This document shows positions 9,165 through 17,973 of a DNA stretch of 64,000 nucleotides, one piece after another. Origin of the DNA: an uncultured Chloroflexia bacterium. Its GTDB lineage: Bacteria > Chloroflexota > Limnocylindria > Limnocylindrales > CSP1-4. Location of the stretch: positions 1,120,001 through 1,184,000 of the forward strand of contig CAVVJT010000010.1 of the NCBI GenBank assembly GCA_963748625.1. Reading direction: 5' to 3'. The notes below the pieces were generated by a model. That model was given only the letters and a program-made list of their open reading frames with translations. It was not told the DNA's origin and made no database searches. The translations under genes were made by a program, and so were the position numbers. Within the stretch, counting starts at the first letter, position 1. Every line of letters begins with the position of its first letter.

Positions 9165-9747
9165 GCTGCTCACGGGCGGTGTCATGCTCCTCATCAGCCC
9201 GGCGACGGCTCCCTGGAGGGAGCTGAACGCCCTGCTCCAGCAAGGCGTCTGGTGCCGTGCCACGGTGCCGGCATACCTGCTCGACTTCCTCACCACGCAG
9301 GTCGGGCTTGCCGACGAGTACGTCCGCTCGCGGGTCGAGACGATCTTCCTCGACGGGATGGTCGTGGACGACCTGGAGGCGTCCATGGTCCACGACGGCT
9401 CCACCGTGACCCTGTCGGCGGCGATGCCGGGGCTGGCGGGCGCCACGTTGCGACGCGGCGGGTTCTACCGGTCGATGCGCTCGAGCATCAGTTGGTCCAC
9501 GCTCGCGGGCGAGGCGGACGAGGACCGCGCGGCACCGGGCCTGGTCCGGGTCAAGCTGTTCAACCTGATCCTGCGCGAGATGGGCCCCGAGCTGCTCCGG
9601 CACGGCGTCCTCGTGGACACGGACCGCGCCGTCGATGCGCTGGGCGCGCCCGCGGCGGCCGAGGCGGCCACGGCGGAGGGTGTGGGTCGTATCCTCCTCG
9701 TCGTCGGTGACGAGGGTCCCGAAGCTGAGGACGATCCGTGCAGGTGA
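9163..9747 (+). CDS. Hypothetical protein in aor operon with internal MoaD/ThiS-like segment (start may be ATG 9184)
   Basis: TIFLDGMVVDD...VHDGSTVTLSAAMPG; overlaps moaD start. Confidence 0.7.
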   Translation: MLLTGGVMLLISPATAPWRELNALLQQGVWCRATVPAYLLDFLTTQVGLADEYVRSRVETIFLDGMVVDDLEASMVHDGSTVTLSAAMPGLAGATLRRGGFYRSMRSSISWSTLAGEADEDRAAPGLVRVKLFNLILREMGPELLRHGVLVDTDRAVDALGAPAAAEAATAEGVGRILLVVGDEGPEAEDDPCR

Positions 9748-9962
9748 CGGTCAAGCTGTATGCGACCTTCCGGACCGGCCGGTTCGCGAAGGAGGAACGC
9801 GAGGTGGCCGAGGGCACGCGCGTCGCGGCGATCGTTGACGAGCTGCGCATCCCCGTGCCGGAGATCGGCGTGACGATGGCCAACGGCCGCCACGTGGAGC
9901 TGGACCACCTCGTCCGGGACGGCGACGTCATCGCGATCTTCCCCGTCATCGGCGGGGGCTGA
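9738..9962 (+). CDS. moaD: MoaD/ThiS family sulfur carrier
   Basis: 74 aa; V.VKLYATFR start; ends IFPVIGGG. Confidence 0.93.
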   Translation: MQVTVKLYATFRTGRFAKEEREVAEGTRVAAIVDELRIPVPEIGVTMANGRHVELDHLVRDGDVIAIFPVIGGG

Positions 9963-9976
9963 CGGGAGCGGCCACC

Positions 9977-10999
9977 ATGGACCGGTACGCGCGCCAGGCC
10001 CGCTTCCCCGCGGTCGGCCCCGAGGGCCAGGAGCGGATCGCTGCGGCCGTGGTCACGGTCGTCGGCTGCGGCGCCCTCGGCTCCGCGAGCGTGAACTTGC
10101 TGGCCCGCGCCGGGGTCGGCGAGATCCGCATCATCGACCGCGATGTCGTGGATCTCACGAACCTGCAGCGCCAGCTGCTGTTCGAGGAGGCAGACGCGCG
10201 TGACGGCGTGCCCAAGGCGGTGGCTGCCGCCGCGGCCGTCGAGAGGATCAACTCCTCGATCCGCGTGGTGCCGTTCGTCGTGGACGTCACGCCGTCGAAT
10301 GTCACGACGCTCCTCGTGGGCTCCACGGTCGTTGTGGACGGCACGGACAATCTCGAGACCCGCTTCCTGGTCAACGACGCCTGCGTGCGACTCGGCATCC
10401 CCTGGGTGTACGGCGGCGCGATCGGCTCCACGGGGATGGCCATGGCCATCGTCCCGGGCCGGACGGGCTGCTTCCGCTGCCTCTTCCCCCTCCCGCCCGA
10501 TCCGGCCACGCTCGAGACCTGCGAGACGGCGGGGGTTCTCGCCTCAAACGTGGCGATGGTCGCCGCGTTCCAGTGGACAGAGGCGGTCAAGCTGATCGTC
10601 GGCGCGGACACCGGCACTGCGGGGGCGCTGCTCGTGGTGGACGTGTGGGCCGGCGACTACCACCTGGTCGAGGGCGCCGCCCGCCGGGAGACGTGCCCCT
10701 GCTGCGCGGAGGGCCGGTACGAGTTCCTCGACGCCGCGGTCACCAGCCGCGCCACCACGCTGTGCGGTCGGGACGTGATCCAGGTCAGCCCGGCGCGGGC
10801 CGCCCGGATCGACCTTGCCGCACTCGGGACCCGCCTCTCGCCTTTCAGCACCGGCAGGCCGGTGGTCAACGAGCACCTCGTGCGAGTCCACGTGGACGGG
10901 CACGAGATGACAGTCTTCGCGGACGGACGAGCACTCATCAAGGGCACAGCGGACCCGGCGGTCGCCCGCTCGCTCTACGCACGCTGGATCGGGGCATGA
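9977..10999 (+). CDS. moeB: ThiF/MoeB family adenylyltransferase
   Basis: RYARQ, VGCGALG, DRD.V...NLQRQ, DGTDN, CFRC and CPCC motifs. Confidence 0.92.
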   Translation: MDRYARQARFPAVGPEGQERIAAAVVTVVGCGALGSASVNLLARAGVGEIRIIDRDVVDLTNLQRQLLFEEADARDGVPKAVAAAAAVERINSSIRVVPFVVDVTPSNVTTLLVGSTVVVDGTDNLETRFLVNDACVRLGIPWVYGGAIGSTGMAMAIVPGRTGCFRCLFPLPPDPATLETCETAGVLASNVAMVAAFQWTEAVKLIVGADTGTAGALLVVDVWAGDYHLVEGAARRETCPCCAEGRYEFLDAAVTSRATTLCGRDVIQVSPARAARIDLAALGTRLSPFSTGRPVVNEHLVRVHVDGHEMTVFADGRALIKGTADPAVARSLYARWIGA

Positions 11000-11049
11000 A
11001 GGCAGGACCGGGCGGCACCCCGGCCCGCGGCACTGGAGGAACGCGTCCC

Positions 11050-11406
11050 ATGGCAGAGCTGCACGTGAACATCGTCCTCGCGTCGGGGGCGCGCGTGGGG
11101 CCGGGCAAGGCGACGCTCCTCGAGGGCATCCGCGACACAGGCTCCATCTCGGCCGCGGCCCGCGCGCTGGGCGTGGACTACAAGCGGGCATGGCTGCTGC
11201 TCGACAGCCTCGACACCGCCTTCGACACCCCGGTCGTCGAGCGCAAGGCGGGTGGCGTGGGCGGGGGCGGCGCGTCGCTGACCCCGTTCGGCCTGGACCT
11301 GCTGGAGCGCTACCGTCGGATCGAGGCCGCCGCGACCGCGCTGGCGGAGGCGGACCTTGAGCTGCTCCAGCAGCACGCCCTGCCCAGCGCGGGGCCCAAG
11401 ATCTGA
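11050..11406 (+). CDS. modE: ModE family transcriptional regulator (HTH only)
   Basis: GPGKATLLEGI..TGSISAAARALG.DYKRAW...GG..GGGA.LT; GGAGG RBS. Confidence 0.9.
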   Translation: MAELHVNIVLASGARVGPGKATLLEGIRDTGSISAAARALGVDYKRAWLLLDSLDTAFDTPVVERKAGGVGGGGASLTPFGLDLLERYRRIEAAATALAEADLELLQQHALPSAGPKI

Positions 11407-11422
11407 CGCCTGCCGCCCGACG

Positions 11423-12784
11423 TCAGCGGAGACACTGAAAGGGACCCGTGCACCAGAGGCAGGCGGCGCAGGGGACCGTGCCGACATGGCAGTCCTGCTC
11501 GAAGTCACCCTCGCTCACGTAGTCGCAGAGCGCGACGTTGCAGTCGTAGCAGAACGGGAACTCGTACCGCGTGACCTCGCCTCGGAAGGCGCGCCATGGG
11601 CTGCCGTTCCAGATGTCCAGGACTGGCTGCTCCGCGACATCGCCGAAGACCTTGGGCTCCACGAGCTTGGTGATCCCGGCGAGGTGGCAGGCGAACCGGT
11701 GCCAGAGGAAGTAGCAGGGGTGGAGCTTCCCATCCCAGGCGACGAACGCCGAGCCCTCCTCCACAAAGTCGCAGTAGCGCACCTGGGTCGGGATGGTGCG
11801 GGGCAGGCGCAGCTCCAGGCCCAGCTCCGCAGCGAGCGCCGCAGCCTGGTCGAAGACCCTGGTGACCTCGTCAACCCGGGCATGGTCGAAAGCCATGAGG
11901 TCCGCGATCTTGAGCGAGATCCCCTGGCTGCTCGCATCCTCCACCATGCGTCTCACGTACTCGTTCGCGCGCCGTTCAGCGTCAGAGGCGTGGAAGCGTG
12001 CCGGCTCCCGGTAGTCGTCGAAGCTGACCCCATCGGCCGTGGCGCGCTCGCGCCATGCCTCGAAGATCGCGAGGGCGCGGTCCGTCGTGGGCATGAAGGC
12101 CGCCTCGCCGGCCATGGCCGGGTCGTACGGCAGCATGTGCGTGACGATGATGAACGCGTAGCCCTGGTCGGCGGCCCATTGCACCAGGAGCGGGAGCTCG
12201 CCGAGGTTGCTGCGCATCGCGACGAACTCCAGGCCGAGGCGCACGTCGCGGCCGTGGCGCTCCGCCGCCCCCTGGAGCGCGGCCGTCGCCGAGAGGATCT
12301 GGCTCTGGCGGGCGCCGCCGTGGATCTGGCGGAGCATCTCGGGGCTGACCGCGTCGGCCGAGATGCAGATCCGGTCCACGCCCGCCGCGACCAGCGAGTC
12401 CGCCCGCCGCGGGCCGATGAGCTGGCCGTTGGTCTGGAAGCCGATCCAGGCCGAGGCCGGCATGTCATCCCGTGCCCGCGCGATGAACCGCTCGAGGCCG
12501 CGGTGCAGGAGCGGCTCGCCGATCCCGTTGAGCACGAGTGACTCGAGGTGGGGGAAGGTGGGCGCGAGACGCTCGAATGTCTCGTCGGTCATGTCGCCCT
12601 CGACCAGGCCCTGGCCGGGCGCGTACTTGACGCACATCGCGCACTGCAGGTTGCAGCGCGTGGTGACCTCCACGAACAGCTTGGACGGGTGCCGGCGCAC
12701 CGCTGCCGGCGTCGGGCTCACGGGGGCCGCCACAGGAGCGGGAGGCGCGGGCTGCAGCAACGGCAGGTGCCGTGTCGCCGTCAC
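11423..12784 (-). CDS. Radical SAM/SPASM putative metalloenzyme maturase
   Basis: CNLQCAMC (CxxxCxxC), GIGEPLL, Cys-rich SPASM tail CYDCNVALC...DC...PCAACLWC...C. Confidence 0.9.
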   Translation of the reverse strand: MTATRHLPLLQPAPPAPVAAPVSPTPAAVRRHPSKLFVEVTTRCNLQCAMCVKYAPGQGLVEGDMTDETFERLAPTFPHLESLVLNGIGEPLLHRGLERFIARARDDMPASAWIGFQTNGQLIGPRRADSLVAAGVDRICISADAVSPEMLRQIHGGARQSQILSATAALQGAAERHGRDVRLGLEFVAMRSNLGELPLLVQWAADQGYAFIIVTHMLPYDPAMAGEAAFMPTTDRALAIFEAWRERATADGVSFDDYREPARFHASDAERRANEYVRRMVEDASSQGISLKIADLMAFDHARVDEVTRVFDQAAALAAELGLELRLPRTIPTQVRYCDFVEEGSAFVAWDGKLHPCYFLWHRFACHLAGITKLVEPKVFGDVAEQPVLDIWNGSPWRAFRGEVTRYEFPFCYDCNVALCDYVSEGDFEQDCHVGTVPCAACLWCTGPFQCLR

Positions 12785-12922
12785 AGGTTCCTCCACAGCA
12801 CAGCCGGCTGGAGCGCGACCGGATGGGGCAAGGGCGCTGAGGAACGAGTGTACCCAGCCCGTCACTGCTCCCGCATGACCATGGGGGGGGCGGCCACGCA
12901 CCCGGTGACCGCCACCGTGGTC

Positions 12923-13318
12923 CTACGCTCCGGGCCGCTCCACAGGCAGGCTAGCCGCCGCCCACGCCGTGAAGCCGCCGTCCATGTCCGCGGCGCGGTC
13001 GAACCCGAGGTCGCGCAGCGTGGCCGCGGCGAGGCTGGAGCTGTAGCCGTCCTCGCACACGAGGATCACCCGCCGGGCCGGGTCGTCCCAACGCGGGTCC
13101 GAGTAGCCAGACGCCGGGTCCAGGCGCCAGAACAGCACCGACAGCGGGATGTGCGCCGCGCCTGGGATCATGCCTGCCGCCTCGCGCTGGCTCGCGCAGC
13201 GCGTGTCCACGACCAGGGCGCCACCGTCCATCTCGCGGGCGGCGTCCGCGGGGGAGACGCGGTCGATCCGCGACCGCGCCGCCTCGAGCAGCTCGTTGAT
13301 GGTCAGCCGGCTCGCCAC
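12923..13318 (-). CDS. Rhodanese-like domain protein
   Basis: LVVDTR, IPGA, CEDGYSS and DMDGGFTAW motifs. Confidence 0.88.
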   Translation of the reverse strand: MASRLTINELLEAARSRIDRVSPADAAREMDGGALVVDTRCASQREAAGMIPGAAHIPLSVLFWRLDPASGYSDPRWDDPARRVILVCEDGYSSSLAAATLRDLGFDRAADMDGGFTAWAAASLPVERPGA

Positions 13319-13321
13319 GGG

Positions 13322-14398
13322 TCAGCCCGGCAGCAGCGAATCGTTCACCAGCTGGTCCACCGTGACCGGGTTCGGCACCAGGTCCAGCGTCGTCATGAAC
13401 TCCAGGGACTTCTGCCAGCCGTCGGTGTCGATGGAGCCGAGCGCGCCGCCGGTCCGCGTGTTCTGCCACTGCGCCACGGTCGCCTCCAGGATCTGGAGTT
13501 GCAGGGCCGGGTCGGCGGCAAGCTCCGGGACCATCGCGAAGGTGGCATCGAGGCCCTTCTGCGGATCGGCCTTGATCTCCTCCATCGCCTGCAGGGTTGC
13601 CGCGGTGAAGGCCGTGAGGGCATCCCGCTTGGCCTCCAGGGTCGCCGTGCCGGTCACGAGGCCCGGACCCGGCAGGGGCACGAACCCGTCCACGGTGAGC
13701 ACGTTCACGTCGATCCCGGCGTTGCCCAGCACGATGGGCTCGTTGTTGGCGAAGCCGGTGGCCGCATCCACGGCGCCCTGCTGGAGGGCCGCCGCCTGGC
13801 CGAAGTCCGGGAACTCGACGAGCTTGACGTCGTCCACCGTCAGGCCGGCCGAATCGAGCAGCGCGAGGAGCTGGATCCACGAGGTGCCGTACTTGCCTGG
13901 GATGCCGATCCGCTTGCCCTTGAGGTCCGCGGGGGCTGCGATGCCGGCGTCGGCACGCGCGATCACGACCGCTGGGAACTGCCCGTAGATGGTCGCCGTG
14001 TAGACGACCGGGATGCCCTGGCTGACCGCGGGGATGACCGAGGTGCCGTCGCCTGAGCCGATGTCCACGGCGCCCTGGCCCAGGAGCGTGATCAGGTCCG
14101 GGTCGATCTTGTTCTGGAGCGTCACGTCGAGGCCTGCCGCGTCGTAGTAGCCCGCCTGCTCGGCGAGGTAGAACTGGGCGAACTGGACGCTGGGGATGTA
14201 GCCCAGACCGACGGTCAAGGGAACGGGTTCGACGGCCGGGGACGGCCGCTCGGTTGCCGGCGCGGTCGTCGCGCCCGAGCCGCCACACGCGGCGACGAGG
14301 ACAGCGATGGCGGCGACCACGGCCGCGGGCCGCAGGAGAGTGGCGCGGAGCGAGGACACGGTGCTGGAGACCTCCGGGATCGATGAGGTGCGGCTCAC
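13322..14398 (-). CDS. ABC substrate-binding lipoprotein, NMT1/THI5 family (RibY-like, probably riboflavin)
   Basis: Lipobox LVAAC; LGYIPSVQFAQFY; downstream of FMN riboswitch. Confidence 0.88.
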   Translation of the reverse strand: MSRTSSIPEVSSTVSSLRATLLRPAAVVAAIAVLVAACGGSGATTAPATERPSPAVEPVPLTVGLGYIPSVQFAQFYLAEQAGYYDAAGLDVTLQNKIDPDLITLLGQGAVDIGSGDGTSVIPAVSQGIPVVYTATIYGQFPAVVIARADAGIAAPADLKGKRIGIPGKYGTSWIQLLALLDSAGLTVDDVKLVEFPDFGQAAALQQGAVDAATGFANNEPIVLGNAGIDVNVLTVDGFVPLPGPGLVTGTATLEAKRDALTAFTAATLQAMEEIKADPQKGLDATFAMVPELAADPALQLQILEATVAQWQNTRTGGALGSIDTDGWQKSLEFMTTLDLVPNPVTVDQLVNDSLLPG

Positions 14399-15180
14399 CG
14401 GTCACCGACCAGGCGGCGCTCGATGAGGACCATGACGAGGTAGAGGCTCACGCCGATGAGGGCGAGCGTGAGCAGGGTGGCGAACATGAGGGGGATGTCG
14501 AACATGGAGCCGCGCGCCATGTTGATGAGCACGCCCAGACCGTTGTCCCCGCCCGCCCATTCGGCGACGATCGCGCCGATGACGGCCAAGGTGATGCCCA
14601 CGCGCATGCCGCCCAGGATCGCGGGCAGCGCCGCGGGGATCTCGACACGGCTGACCGTCTGCCACGACGTGGCGCGGAACGAGCGGGCCATCTCCAGCAG
14701 GCGCGGGTCCACCGAGCGGATCCCCACCATTGTGGCGACGGCGACCGGGAAGAACACGATCAGCGTGGTGATCACGAGCTTGGACAGCAGTCCCGTGCCG
14801 AACCACAGCGCGATGAGCGGAGCGAGCGCGAGGACCGGGGTTGCCTGGGCGGCGACGATGTACGGCGAGAGCAGGCGCTCGGCGAGGCGGGAGCGCGCGA
14901 GGAGCACGCCGACCACGAGCGCAAGCGTGGCGCCCAGGGCGAAGCCGAGCAGGATCTCCATCAGCGTCTGGGCGGTGTGCTTCCACATCAGGCCCTCGGC
15001 CCAGGCAGCGACGAACCGTTGGGCCACGGTGAGCGGTCCGGGCAGGATGAACGGCGGGTAGCCGGTCACGACGACGACAACCTGCCAGGCGACGACGAAC
15101 ACGACCAGGCTCAGCACGATCGGCCAGAGGACGTGGAAGCTGCGGCGGCGGCGTCCTCCCGCCGGCGTGGTCCCGCTCAC
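14395..15180 (-). CDS. ABC permease, NitT/TauT family (RibX-like)
   Basis: ILPGP, LAPLIALWFG and GAIVAEW motifs; 4-bp overlaps with both neighbours. Confidence 0.9.
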   Translation of the reverse strand: MSGTTPAGGRRRRSFHVLWPIVLSLVVFVVAWQVVVVVTGYPPFILPGPLTVAQRFVAAWAEGLMWKHTAQTLMEILLGFALGATLALVVGVLLARSRLAERLLSPYIVAAQATPVLALAPLIALWFGTGLLSKLVITTLIVFFPVAVATMVGIRSVDPRLLEMARSFRATSWQTVSRVEIPAALPAILGGMRVGITLAVIGAIVAEWAGGDNGLGVLINMARGSMFDIPLMFATLLTLALIGVSLYLVMVLIERRLVGDR

Positions 15181-16121
15181 GGCTCGTCCTCCGATCGGAA
15201 CGGGTCGAACCAGGCAGGCGTGCCCGGGTCGGTGTCGGCATGGCGGCGCCCGGCCCTGCCGCCGGGCAGCGCCACGACCTGCGCGTGGTCCTCGACCATG
15301 GCGATGCGGTCGTCGGTGGTGTCCACGAGGTGCGCGCGGATGTCGGCGGCGAGCGACGAGACCAGCGCGGAGTCCATGTCCGCCGTGCGGCGCGGCCGGG
15401 GCAGCTCCACGCGGATGTCGGCCACCACAGCGCCTGGACGAGGCGACATGACGACGACGCGGTCGGCGAGGAAGATCGCCTCGGGGATGCTGTGGGTGAC
15501 GATGACGATGGTGGTCCCGGTGCGGTCCCACAGGCGCAGCAGCTCCGCGTTGAAGCGCTCGCGGGTGAGCGCGTCGAGCGCGCTGAACGGCTCGTCCATC
15601 AGGAGCACCCGCGGCTCCAGGGCCAGCGCCCGCGCGATCGCGACCCGCTGGCGCGTCCCGCCCGAGAGCGTCGAAGGCTTGGCACGCGCGAACTCCCGCA
15701 GGCCCACGAGACCCAGCAGCTCCTCGGCGCGGGCCGCCTGGCGCTCCTTCGACCAGCCCGCGAGCTCCAGCGGGAAGCAGACGTTGGCCTCGGCCGACTT
15801 CCATGCCAGCAGCCGGGGCTCCTGGAAGACGAGGCCCACCCGCGGGTCGGGTCCGCTGACCGGGACGCCCTCCACCTCCACCGATCCGCTCTCGGCGGGG
15901 ATCAGGCCGGCGACCACGCGCAGCAGCGTGCTCTTGCCGCACCCGTTGGGCCCGATGAGCGCGACCACCTCGCCGGCGCGCACGTCGAGGGAAAGACGGT
16001 CCAGGACGTGGACGGTGCGCGCGCCGTGGAAGGTGAGCGAGACGTCGGCGATGGCCAGGCCGGCACCGGGTGCCCGGGCAGGCAGCACAGGCGCGGGATC
16101 CTGGGCCCTGGTCGCCGTCAT
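15177..16121 (-). CDS. ABC ATP-binding protein, NitT/TauT family
   Basis: GPNGCGKST, LSGG, LLMDEPFSALD and VTHS motifs. Confidence 0.93.
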   Translation of the reverse strand: MTATRAQDPAPVLPARAPGAGLAIADVSLTFHGARTVHVLDRLSLDVRAGEVVALIGPNGCGKSTLLRVVAGLIPAESGSVEVEGVPVSGPDPRVGLVFQEPRLLAWKSAEANVCFPLELAGWSKERQAARAEELLGLVGLREFARAKPSTLSGGTRQRVAIARALALEPRVLLMDEPFSALDALTRERFNAELLRLWDRTGTTIVIVTHSIPEAIFLADRVVVMSPRPGAVVADIRVELPRPRRTADMDSALVSSLAADIRAHLVDTTDDRIAMVEDHAQVVALPGGRAGRRHADTDPGTPAWFDPFRSEDEP

Positions 16122-16203
16122 GTCTGCCTCCGGTGCACGTACCACGAGCACATCGGGGCAGGGATGGACGGCATCGCCCGGACGCCGGGCGCACCGGTCC
16201 ACG

Positions 16204-16365
16204 GCCTTCTCTCATCCGGACTGTACCGTCGGCTCCGGCTTGCGAGGACCACCTCGCCCCGGATCTGCTGCACGCCGCGGGTTCTACACCGCTGCGCCGC
16301 TCGTGGGCTCGTCCCGCATCAGCGGGAACCACCACCGGTCGGGAATCACACCCTGCCCCGAAGGC
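16204..16365 (-). ncRNA. FMN riboswitch (RFN element)
   Basis: Minus strand: CTTCGGGGCAGGGTGTGATTCCCGACCGGTGGT...AGCCCACGAGC...GCAGATCCGG...CCGGAGCCGACGGTACAGTCCGGATGAGAGAAG. Confidence 0.95.
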
Positions 16366-16580
16366 TCTGCGCGGAATGTACCACCCCCCGAGCGGGGGCG
16401 GCGAACCCCACGCCGGGTCGTGCGTGCTCAGCGTGCGTACGGGAGCGTGCCTTGTCGTTCCTGCGCGGCGAGCGCTCGCGATCGCGCCTGTGCGGCCCGG
16501 AACGGTCGATTCCGGCACGCTTGGCGCTCATCAATCGCTGGGGTCCAGACGGTCCGCGCCTGGCGCCGCACGCTGGCGTG

Positions 16581-17969
16581 CTAGCCGTCGGACCGGTGGA
16601 AGATCGGGCGCAGGGCCGGGTAGAGGGAGCGGTACACGGCGAAGGCCTCGTCGTAGCGCTCGCGGTCCGCGGGGTCCGGATCGATCCGGCGCTCCACCGC
16701 GGTCATGGCGACCACGGCCGCCTCGAGATCCGGGTGCCCGCCGGTGCCGGCCGCCGCCACGATCGCGGCGCCCAGGACGGCGGTGTCGGTGATGCACGGG
16801 ATCGCGGCGGGGACGCCCAGCACGCCCGCCTTGATGCGGGCCCAGCAATCATCGGGCGTGGCGCGGCCGGTCAAGTGCAGCTCGCGGACGGGGGCGCCGG
16901 CCGCTGCCAGGGGCTCCGCCACGTCGCGCAGCGCGTAGGCCGCCGCCTCGAGCGCGGCGCGCGCCAGGTGCTCGGGTCCGTGGGCCAGCGTCAGGCCGAA
17001 GATCACGCCGCGGGCATCCTCGTCGAACACCGGCGCGCGCTCCCCGGCGAGATACGGCAGCACGACGAGGCCATCAGCGCCCGCGGGCACGGTGGCGGCC
17101 GCCTCGAACATCTCGTCGGGGGTCCACCGCCCGCCCAGGATCGAGGTCCGCACCCAGTCCACGGTCGCCCCCAGCGCCGCCATCGCCCCGCCGACCACCC
17201 ACCGTCCCTCGAGCGGCGCCGGCGAGAGGAACGAGCGGCCCACCTGGACCGGCCGGTCGGCGTAGATCGCGAGACCGCCGGACGTCCCACCCGTGTCGAC
17301 GGCGTCGCCGGGCAGCCGCAGGCCGGCGCCTAGCATCGACGCTGCGCCATCGTTGACGCCCACCACCACGGGGATCCCGGCCGGCAGGCCCAGGTCCGCC
17401 GCACGGTCGGCCCGCAGTGGGCCCAGCGGCGCACCCACGGGCCGCGAACCCGGTACCCGGTCACGCGGCACGCCCGCGGTTTCCAGCGCGGCCGCCGACG
17501 GCACCGCCTCGTGGCGCTGCACGCTGGTCACGGCCACCCCGGTCAGCATGTGGCCGACCGCATCCCACGACGCCAGCAGCCAGCGCACCCTGGCGATCGA
17601 CGACGGATCCTCGCGGGCCAGCCAGGCCATGCGTGGCAGCAGCCCGTAGCCCCCCGCGCCCGCCCGTCGATCCTGCCAGGTGAGCGCCGGGCGCACTGGG
17701 CGGCCATCAGCGTCGACGGCAACCAGGGTGGGGCCCTGGCCGACGCAGCAGATCCCGGTGACCTCGGCGGCGGCGATGGCGTCCGCCATGGAGCGCACGG
17801 CAGCAACGATCGCCACCCACCAGTCGCGCGGATCCTGTTCGGCACGCCCGTCCGGCCCGATGTCGGTCGGGTAGCCGCCGCGGCCCATGCCCAGCAGCCG
17901 CCCGTCCAGGCCCACAAGGGCTGCCTTCACCTCCGACGTGCCAAGGTCGAGGCCCAGGACGGCCGACAC
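16581..17969 (-). CDS. FGGY-family carbohydrate kinase (xylulokinase-like)
   Basis: LGLDLGTSEVK, TWQDRR and LPYLAGERAP motifs. Confidence 0.9.
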   Translation of the reverse strand: MSAVLGLDLGTSEVKAALVGLDGRLLGMGRGGYPTDIGPDGRAEQDPRDWWVAIVAAVRSMADAIAAAEVTGICCVGQGPTLVAVDADGRPVRPALTWQDRRAGAGGYGLLPRMAWLAREDPSSIARVRWLLASWDAVGHMLTGVAVTSVQRHEAVPSAAALETAGVPRDRVPGSRPVGAPLGPLRADRAADLGLPAGIPVVVGVNDGAASMLGAGLRLPGDAVDTGGTSGGLAIYADRPVQVGRSFLSPAPLEGRWVVGGAMAALGATVDWVRTSILGGRWTPDEMFEAAATVPAGADGLVVLPYLAGERAPVFDEDARGVIFGLTLAHGPEHLARAALEAAAYALRDVAEPLAAAGAPVRELHLTGRATPDDCWARIKAGVLGVPAAIPCITDTAVLGAAIVAAAGTGGHPDLEAAVVAMTAVERRIDPDPADRERYDEAFAVYRSLYPALRPIFHRSDG

Positions 17970-17973
17970 CCGC

